From positions 2,961 through 66,960 of IMG/VR virus record IMGVR_UViG_3300037264_004281: DNA of 64,000 nucleotides. The stretch is one strand, 5' to 3'. Source of the DNA: a virus. The notes under the pieces were generated by a model. The model was not told where the DNA came from. It worked only from the letters and a program-made list of their open reading frames with translations, and did not search any database. The translations under genes were made by a program, and so were the position numbers. This document shows, piece after piece, positions 57,121 through 64,000 of the stretch (positions are counted from its first letter, which is position 1; each line of letters opens with the position of its first letter).

Positions 57121-59097
57121 ATGATTTCTTTTAAGAAAATAATGAGACAAGTTTTATCTGAAGTTATGTCTTTTAGAGATTTGTTGGGAAGAAGTGATCC
57201 GGCAAGAAAAGATAGAGCAAAACATGTTAGGACAAAATCTCTTGGAGTAAAAACAATGGATAATAATGAAGCTTGGACTTTTTCTTATAAATCCGAGCCA
57301 AGTTGGTCAACTACCGGACAGAGATGGCGGGGGTATGTAAGATTTTTAAAAGAAGATGTAAAACAAGCAGAGAATGCTGAAGATTTAAATTGTATGGTGG
57401 ATTGTACTTGTTTTTCTGGGGATGTATTAGTATTAATGGGTGATGGAACATATAAACCAATAAAAGATATAAAAATAGGAGATTTGGTATATACTCATAA
57501 AGGTAGAATAAAAAAAGTAATAAATACGGTTACAAAAAAAGTAACTACTAAAGATTTAATGTATAGAATAAGAGTATGTGGATTTCCGCATGAAATGATA
57601 GTGACCGGAGATCACCCATTTTATACTTTGAGAGGAAATGATTTTTGTTTATGTGGATGTCAAACTCCTATATGGGAATCCGTATATTCTCACGAATGTT
57701 CTTCACCAGATTTAATTTTAAGCAGAAAATATGCAAAAGGACATTATAGAGGAATTAGAGGAAATATTCCTGAAGATAATTGTAAGGGCACATTTAAGTG
57801 GATTTCCGTTAAAGATTTGCGAGTTAATGAATGGTTTTTAACGCCTTGGTTTGAAAGTGGAAAATTAAAATCTGATTCGGATTTTTCAAGATTAGTAGGA
57901 TATTATATTGCAGAAGGATGTATTCCGTCTACGCGAGGTACAACGGTTAGATTAACTTTTAATATAAACGAATGGAATACCTTGGGAAAAGATGTTTCTA
58001 ATATATGTAAAAAACTTGGGTATAAATTTTCATTATTTAAAAGTAATCATGGGAATTGGTTTGATGTTAGAATTAATGATAAATCGTTTAAAAATTTTTG
58101 CATTGAAAATGTTGGAGTTGGTTCTTTAACAAAGAAAATTTCTCCTAAAATAATGGAATTTGATAACGATTCATTGAAAAATATATTCATTGGATCTATA
58201 TTGGGAGATGGGTGGATAGATCCTCTTAAAGGAATGAAATATGTTTCTATAAATTTTAATTTAATATCTCAAATTTCTACCATATTAAACAAACTTCATA
58301 TTAGACATACCATCTCTATATCGAATAAAAATAATAATAATAAATTGCGACATACACTATTTCAAGTGGTTATTCCTAGAGGGGAAAATGCAGAAATAGT
58401 TAGAGATTGGTTAAAACCATATCTTAGAGAAAAAGATTTATTTATATCTTCTCAAGATGATTTAAGATCTAAACATCATAGTAGATCGGAAGGATATCTT
58501 AAATCTATAAAATTGTATGAAAAAATACAATATGATGGATTAGTATATGACATCACTGTAGAAGATGATGAATCTTTTATAGCAAACGGAATAGCAGTTC
58601 ACAATTGTCCTGATTATAGATTTAGGTGGGCGTATAGGAATGCGGAAGCGGATGCGGGAGCGTTAGGACCGGGGGCGTGGAATAAAAATAATGGAAATCC
58701 ACCAAGGTATCCTAATACAGATTTAGGCACGGGAATGTGTAAACATTTAATTTCTCTTGGAGAATACTTAAAAACAAAAATAGATCCTACTGCACCAGAA
58801 CCTCCGGAAGAACCAGTTTCAAAAAAACCAGTTAAACCAATAACAAACCCCAGAGCATATGTGCCGCCTAAAGAAAAATTGCCCATTCAACCAAAATTAG
58901 GTGTAGCACCAGAACCTCCGAAAGATCAAAAAAAGCCAGTTAAACCAATAACGCCTATAACCCCAACTCCTTATTCAGATACAAGGTCGGGTGATTTATT
59001 AGAAGGAAAAAACAAGTTGTACGGAGAAATGGAAAAGTTTGTTAAAGATAATCCTGAATTTGAAGTACCATATGAAGATGAACCAGAAAGATCTTAA
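57121..59097 (+). CDS. SWIM-type zinc-finger protein containing an intein
   Basis: After splicing: VDCT-CPDYRFRWAY...GMCKHL (CxC...CxH); Pro-rich C-terminus. Confidence 0.8.
   Translation: MISFKKIMRQVLSEVMSFRDLLGRSDPARKDRAKHVRTKSLGVKTMDNNEAWTFSYKSEPSWSTTGQRWRGYVRFLKEDVKQAENAEDLNCMVDCTCFSGDVLVLMGDGTYKPIKDIKIGDLVYTHKGRIKKVINTVTKKVTTKDLMYRIRVCGFPHEMIVTGDHPFYTLRGNDFCLCGCQTPIWESVYSHECSSPDLILSRKYAKGHYRGIRGNIPEDNCKGTFKWISVKDLRVNEWFLTPWFESGKLKSDSDFSRLVGYYIAEGCIPSTRGTTVRLTFNINEWNTLGKDVSNICKKLGYKFSLFKSNHGNWFDVRINDKSFKNFCIENVGVGSLTKKISPKIMEFDNDSLKNIFIGSILGDGWIDPLKGMKYVSINFNLISQISTILNKLHIRHTISISNKNNNNKLRHTLFQVVIPRGENAEIVRDWLKPYLREKDLFISSQDDLRSKHHSRSEGYLKSIKLYEKIQYDGLVYDITVEDDESFIANGIAVHNCPDYRFRWAYRNAEADAGALGPGAWNKNNGNPPRYPNTDLGTGMCKHLISLGEYLKTKIDPTAPEPPEEPVSKKPVKPITNPRAYVPPKEKLPIQPKLGVAPEPPKDQKKPVKPITPITPTPYSDTRSGDLLEGKNKLYGEMEKFVKDNPEFEVPYEDEPERS
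57409..58605 (+). mobile_element. Intein (399 aa) with LAGLIDADG endonuclease in the SWIM protein
   Basis: DCT|CFSGD..V...DG..K.I.DI..GD.V.TH.G...VTGDHPF...LVGYYIAEG...GSILGDG...VYDITVEDDESFIANGIAVHN|CPD. Confidence 0.95.
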
Positions 59098-60100
59098 AAC
59101 TTTAATTAGACAAATAATTAAGGAAGCGATTAATATAGTAGAGAAACTCCAAGGAGGAGAATGGTGGATTTATCCTGGTGGCGATGTTCAATTTGCGGAT
59201 ATTAATATAGGAGATTCTGGACATGAAGGATATGTCATTCAACATTTATCTGGAGAAATATTAAGTCATTTCGGACTTGAAATAGATGAACCGGGGTTAT
59301 TAGCACAGCATGAAGAAGAACTTAAGCAGGCTTTAATAAATGATGGAAAATTATCTCCAGAAGAACAAGAAGAATGGGAAATGAAAAGTCCATCGGAAAT
59401 TATTTTGAGAAAAGTAATTGAAACGGGGTTGTATAAAGATGCTAAACAAGCGGAAGATGCAGTTTATATAGCTTATGGATCGTCATCCAGAGATGGAAGA
59501 GATTATGCTATGAAGTATTTAGGATGGAAAAGATTAGATATAAGAAGTTCTGGCGCATATGTTCAAACTTGGTTTTTAACTCCCGAGGATCTTGGAGATA
59601 TTGCTTGTGGTGTTTCAGATGCGGGGGAAGATTATGGAGAAGAACCAGGAGAAGAAGATACTCAAACAGTTGAAATAGAAGTTAGAAGTAATAATAAAAG
59701 ATATATAAATATTCCTTTAGATGTATTACATCAACCGGATGCTATGAATGCTCTTGGTGATTATAAAGCAAAAACATCTTGGATTAATGAATCCATTTTC
59801 CATGAAAATAAAGATTGGATAATGTATGAAGGAGACGGTAAAGTTACTACTCTTTTTAAAGATAAGTCAAGGTTAGCGTTGGAAGTTAGATATCACGATA
59901 AGAGAGGCATTGATAAAGATAAATATAAAAGCAAGGCAGCAAGTAGATGGAAATCTATTGCTAGAGAAATTTATAATGGAACGGGATTAAGTGAAGGAGG
60001 AAATCCTATTATTAAACCTTGGAAAGTCTGTTTTCAAGAAGCGTTAGATGATCCGAGAATGAAAGAATTTATTAAAAAGGATTTTAATCCTATATTTTAA
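59072..60100 (+). CDS. Hypothetical protein, candidate internal head protein
   Basis: Start revised to ATG 59072 or 59078; NQKDLKTLIRQIIKE leader. Confidence 0.75.
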   Translation: MKMNQKDLKTLIRQIIKEAINIVEKLQGGEWWIYPGGDVQFADINIGDSGHEGYVIQHLSGEILSHFGLEIDEPGLLAQHEEELKQALINDGKLSPEEQEEWEMKSPSEIILRKVIETGLYKDAKQAEDAVYIAYGSSSRDGRDYAMKYLGWKRLDIRSSGAYVQTWFLTPEDLGDIACGVSDAGEDYGEEPGEEDTQTVEIEVRSNNKRYINIPLDVLHQPDAMNALGDYKAKTSWINESIFHENKDWIMYEGDGKVTTLFKDKSRLALEVRYHDKRGIDKDKYKSKAASRWKSIAREIYNGTGLSEGGNPIIKPWKVCFQEALDDPRMKEFIKKDFNPIF

Positions 60101-60372
60101 AGTTCGGTTGTAAATGCCTTGGCAATCATATTTCCAGTGTTTGTTATAGAAAATTTCTTTGTGTACCCAGCATCAATTACTTTAACGCCTTTCAAATATA
60201 CAGTCCCATTTGGAGTTACCCTAACTTGTTCAGCAAATCCACTATTTTCTATTATCTGATGCGCGTATATTGAATCGGCAATTACATTATAATAAAATGT
60301 ATTGATAGCAGGACCAGTACCACCAAAATTAATATTAGGAAATGGACCGGGATTTGTTAATGCAAAGTTCAT
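60097..60372 (-). CDS. Hypothetical protein
   Basis: ATGA overlap with the upstream minus-strand gene. Confidence 0.65.
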   Translation of the reverse strand: MNFALTNPGPFPNINFGGTGPAINTFYYNVIADSIYAHQIIENSGFAEQVRVTPNGTVYLKGVKVIDAGYTKKFSITNTGNMIAKAFTTEL

Positions 60373-62369
60373 ATTGTACTATTATACGATCTTCCTGCAT
60401 GTGTTGTATCCTGAACTGCTTCAACATACATTGGAATACTTCTGTCATACCAAGACATTGTATATTGTCCACCAGCTATTGTTGTTCCATACTTAACTAA
60501 TTCCCCAGTATCTGCACGGTGAAGTCCTACAGTTATTCCTGACCCACCACCAGTATATCCAGAAATACTACCCGTAACATTTGTAATAATAGAATGATAT
60601 GTTATTAAATCACTAAACGCTGTGTACCAAGGATCTACTAACATATAACTTCTTGTCGTTTCTGGATTGAATGTAGCATACCAAGGATTTGCTGATGAAG
60701 TAGGTTGACCCGGATATCTTGCCATTAATCCAGATTGATCTGGTTGGATAACATCTGTCATTCCTGATTCTGCCGCAGCAGCAGAAGTAGAGACTCCATC
60801 TTCACTTAGTTGTATTGTACTAGGTCCATAACTTTGAGAATTAAAATAATCATTTACAGTTGCTAAAGGCGCAATATATTTTCTTGACGTTCTTACGGCA
60901 TCATAATTTTGTACTGCCTTAATCCAATATCCAAATGCGTTGATATAATAATCATCTTCGGGTAATGTATTATCAACTTGATTATCTTCTATTAAACTTC
61001 TTACATATGTTAATCCAGTTTCCCTAGATCCGGTCATTTGTAATCTCATAACTGGATGGTTATGTACTCCATCCCCGTTTGAATGTTTGTCCGATTCGTA
61101 GTTAAGAATATACCAAGCAGTTGGTGCCGGAACACGTTGCGGGTTTGTTGCTGAATAGGAAGATTTGATTATATTAAATCCAGATGTTAATGGTACTGAA
61201 CAGGTTAGTGGATATCCTATTCCACCAGAATCAAATCTTGTTATTATTCTTCCATTTGTAAGAATAGAAGGTGCAAGTGTTCTTGACATTATTCCAGATC
61301 CAGTACCTATAGACATTGATATTTGTGCTCCGGTAACGGTTGTACATATATACCAATTTAATCCACTTTGCTTTAATTCAATGATTCCCGGTTCAGGAAT
61401 ATAAAAAGGAAAATCATAACTTTGCTTATTTACTGCTGGTACTGCAAATGTAGGATGTGTAAATGGTAAAATGGCTTCATTTAAAATTCTTGTAGATGCT
61501 GCATGATCGTATGTATAAGTTACTACTAATGTAGGAGTTATAAGTGCAAATGTATTTGAACCTTCTGCACTTAATCTTAATGAATGTGTTGTTGATGTAT
61601 TCATACTTGATACATCATAGATTAATCGCATAGGAATTGCCGAACTTGCAGCATTTTCAAATGTACCAATTAATTCTTTTGCCTCATTATCTAATGAAGC
61701 GGATACTGTACTATCTACTGCTGTACCACCATTACATTCATTTCCATCAAATTGAATGAAGACTTGTTTAATTGATTTATTTGATTCTGGTAAATATGTG
61801 TCTAATGCTGGAATTTGTGGATGTGTAGCATCTGGTATCATCAAATGTACAGTAGGTAATGAACCAGTTAATTCCATCGGCAAACGTATTGTTTTTGCCC
61901 TAACATTGTTTACTGCATCATCATATGTGTAAGTACAATATAATTTTGTTGCGATGTTTGTAGCATTAAAATCAGCACCAGATCCAGATTGTCTGAAATT
62001 ATACGACATTGTATGTGCTGAACCAGTGAAGTTGCTTGTGAAAAATGATGTTAAATTTTCTGTTAATATGACCCATTGATGGTCACCTGTATCCGCAAAT
62101 CCACCATTTGATGCCGTAATAGCAAACTTACTTGATGTTATATTATCAATAGCAACAAAAGATGTTTTTCTTAAAAAGTCTCCACGTCCTGATGTAAGTG
62201 TTGATTTATCCCTGACTACAGTTTCCATCCAACATGAAGTAAATGTTCTGCTACCAGTTTCAGGAATAGATACAATAATTTGTGGAGAAGTATATAATAC
62301 TTCTTTGGTCATAACAGATGTTGGATCTGTTTCCCAAGCGTATTCTATCGTTTTTAATCTGGTTGCCAT
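60369..62369 (-). CDS. Thr/Ser-rich beta-structured virion/fibre-associated protein
   Basis: Internal repeat (RLKTIEY / RAKTIRL; PE....F/I); C-terminal VTGSI...VGLHR.DTGELV....T..GG.Y beta-sandwich-like module. Confidence 0.65.
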   Translation of the reverse strand: MATRLKTIEYAWETDPTSVMTKEVLYTSPQIIVSIPETGSRTFTSCWMETVVRDKSTLTSGRGDFLRKTSFVAIDNITSSKFAITASNGGFADTGDHQWVILTENLTSFFTSNFTGSAHTMSYNFRQSGSGADFNATNIATKLYCTYTYDDAVNNVRAKTIRLPMELTGSLPTVHLMIPDATHPQIPALDTYLPESNKSIKQVFIQFDGNECNGGTAVDSTVSASLDNEAKELIGTFENAASSAIPMRLIYDVSSMNTSTTHSLRLSAEGSNTFALITPTLVVTYTYDHAASTRILNEAILPFTHPTFAVPAVNKQSYDFPFYIPEPGIIELKQSGLNWYICTTVTGAQISMSIGTGSGIMSRTLAPSILTNGRIITRFDSGGIGYPLTCSVPLTSGFNIIKSSYSATNPQRVPAPTAWYILNYESDKHSNGDGVHNHPVMRLQMTGSRETGLTYVRSLIEDNQVDNTLPEDDYYINAFGYWIKAVQNYDAVRTSRKYIAPLATVNDYFNSQSYGPSTIQLSEDGVSTSAAAAESGMTDVIQPDQSGLMARYPGQPTSSANPWYATFNPETTRSYMLVDPWYTAFSDLITYHSIITNVTGSISGYTGGGSGITVGLHRADTGELVKYGTTIAGGQYTMSWYDRSIPMYVEAVQDTTHAGRSYNSTI

Positions 62370-62372
62370 TTG

Positions 62373-62564
62373 TTAATCTGGATAAATTTTAATTACATAC
62401 TTCGCTGCATCAGTAATTTCTGGATTATCTTCTTTTAATATCTTTATTTTATAATCATTACCACCAACAGTTACCCGTATATATTCGCGTCTGGTAATAT
62501 TGTTAGATTGGATACGATCCCAAATTGTATCTAGTCCATTTTTAATTGCTATTGGTAATGCCAT
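62373..62564 (-). CDS. Small hypothetical protein
   Basis: Fills the gap exactly (3-nt spacers) between two minus-strand genes. Confidence 0.7.
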   Translation of the reverse strand: MALPIAIKNGLDTIWDRIQSNNITRREYIRVTVGGNDYKIKILKEDNPEITDAAKYVIKIYPD

Positions 62565-62567
62565 ATC

Positions 62568-64000
62568 TTAGGAATAAATAAAGTTTAGATTACCTGTGGA
62601 AGTATCAGCATACATTTGCCATGCACCACTTCCACTAGTAATTGATACTTGTGATGATGTATTAGCATTTGTTGCATTTAACGCATAACTAGATGAAACA
62701 GAATTTACTTCGATGTGCGTTATTGGTGTCGCAAAATGCGATAAAACATTTCCTTCCACTTGACACTCTAGCGTATTAGTACCGTCATTGGTTGCTTTCA
62801 ATTTTAACACAAGACGATCACTACTTGACATTGTGACGGGATTATCTACAATTATAGACAACCGATACCTAGCAAATGTAGTTGTCAATTCTGAACTTAT
62901 CTGCCCAGCTGGAAACTCAAAATATGTAGTACCAGCAGAGTTAGCCAAATATAATTCTGGCGTTAGTCTGACTATATTTGGCGCTGATGTTTTTCGGGCA
63001 GATATATCCACTTGATATAATCCTTCCGGTAATATTGTAGTATTTGGGTCATTAAGATATGTTATCCAAGCAAAGGGATAAGTTGCATTGGACACAGATG
63101 CACTAGAAATAACAAGAGTGGACGCATTGCTTCCCGTTGCTTTCATTGCATAGTACCCAACAACATTAGATCCAGTAGCGGATAAAATAAATGTCTCTGA
63201 TCCCATCAACGAATTAACATATGAAATTAGAGAAGACGAATCCCAATTTTCTGCCCAGCTTGATGTAATAGGATAGGTTGATCCAGTTGTAAAATTAGCA
63301 CTTATTCCTGCTGTGCCTGCTGTGCCTGAAGTACCTCTTGTTCCACTTGTACCAGAAGATCCCGCAGTTCCAGATGTACCGCTTGAAGCAATAGCATACG
63401 ATGCACTACTTGCCCATGATGATGTCCCTGCTAATGATCCAGTAAATGAGGTTGCCGTAATATTTCCGAGCGTAGTATTTGTTTGAATACTCGAACTATA
63501 GTTTAATGTTCCATAAGCCGTTATTTCTGCACCACTATAAAATACAAGATATCCGGTTGTACCTTTAGGAACTACACGAATGGTATCAGACTCAAGACTA
63601 TGTGATGCATAGGAAGAAGATATAGACGGAATAGATGGTGTCCAAGATGCACTTTGAGCCCAAGATGCTGTTATAGGATATAGTGATCCTGTTGTAAAAT
63701 TAGCACTTATCCCGCTTGTTCCAGATGAACCAGCAGTTCCCGATGTACCACTTGTCCCAGAAGAACCACTCACTCCAGATGTTCCAGAAGTACCCGATGT
63801 ACCACTTGTCCCAGAAGAACCACTCACTCCAGATGTTCCAGAAGTACCAAAAGTACCCGATGTACCGCTTGTTCCAGAAGAACCACTCACTCCAGATGTT
63901 CCAGAAGTACCAAAAGTACCCGATGTACCGCTTGTTCCTGAAGAACCGCTCACTCCAGATGTTCCAGAAGTACCAAAAGTACCCGATGTACCGCTTGTTC
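62568..64000 (-). CDS. 5'-truncated fibre-like protein with Gly-X-Y (GTS/GSS) and SASYA repeats
   Basis: Frame open to the window edge; GTSGTSGSS tracts, YPITASWA and SASYA motifs. Confidence 0.75.
   Translation of the reverse strand, partial: TSGTSGTFGTSGTSGVSGSSGTSGTSGTFGTSGTSGVSGSSGTSGTSGTFGTSGTSGVSGSSGTSGTSGTSGTSGVSGSSGTSGTSGTAGSSGTSGISANFTTGSLYPITASWAQSASWTPSIPSISSSYASHSLESDTIRVVPKGTTGYLVFYSGAEITAYGTLNYSSSIQTNTTLGNITATSFTGSLAGTSSWASSASYAIASSGTSGTAGSSGTSGTRGTSGTAGTAGISANFTTGSTYPITSSWAENWDSSSLISYVNSLMGSETFILSATGSNVVGYYAMKATGSNASTLVISSASVSNATYPFAWITYLNDPNTTILPEGLYQVDISARKTSAPNIVRLTPELYLANSAGTTYFEFPAGQISSELTTTFARYRLSIIVDNPVTMSSSDRLVLKLKATNDGTNTLECQVEGNVLSHFATPITHIEVNSVSSSYALNATNANTSSQVSITSGSGAWQMYADTSTGNLNFIYS
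63713..64000 (-). repeat. 9-nt-based coding repeats organised in 63-nt units
   Basis: Units start at 63826, 63889 and 63952 on the + strand. Confidence 0.92.

Noticed and set aside
1-64000. Genome-wide stop-codon reassignment (TGA or TAG)
   Set aside because: Long genes are intact in the standard code; TGA ends genes at 420, 1540 and 34233, and TAG at 5297, each followed closely by the next gene. Only one in-frame TGA was seen.
852-64000. CRISPR array
   Set aside because: All repeats are contiguous, in-frame coding repeats without unique spacers; no cas genes

Overview
AT-rich (roughly 30% GC by eye), densely coding 64-kb segment of a large tailed-phage genome with T4-like (myovirus-type) morphogenesis genes, read in the standard genetic code. 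From left to right: tandem SASYA-repeat fibre-like paralogues; Hsp20; a gp55-like late sigma factor; a baseplate/tail module (spike, gp25-like, gp6-like, and large proteins carrying inserted repeat, FN3, FG-GAP and dockerin-like modules); a DNA-metabolism block (RuvC-like, GIY-YIG, primase, PD-(D/E)XK-like, Dam-type methylase, fused SbcD-SbcC); a head module (intein-containing terminase and portal, prohead protease, scaffold, major capsid); an inserted GuaC/nucleotidyltransferase cassette; a TGA-interrupted GIY-YIG endonuclease; an ATP-grasp protein; a SWIM-finger protein split by a third intein; and minus-strand fibre-like genes. Most notable: (1) unrelated hypothetical proteins sharing a short N-terminal amphipathic leader ending in I/L-x-E, a candidate capsid-targeting and protease-cleavage system; (2) two promoter classes, sigma70-like near-leaderless promoters and an ATA(T/C)TTAT motif that is the reverse complement of the T4 late promoter; (3) three inteins with atypical ends or sites; (4) a tail gene apparently split in two and decorated with adhesin-like modules. 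All assignments come from motif reading by eye; no searches were run. No tRNA, rRNA or CRISPR array was seen.
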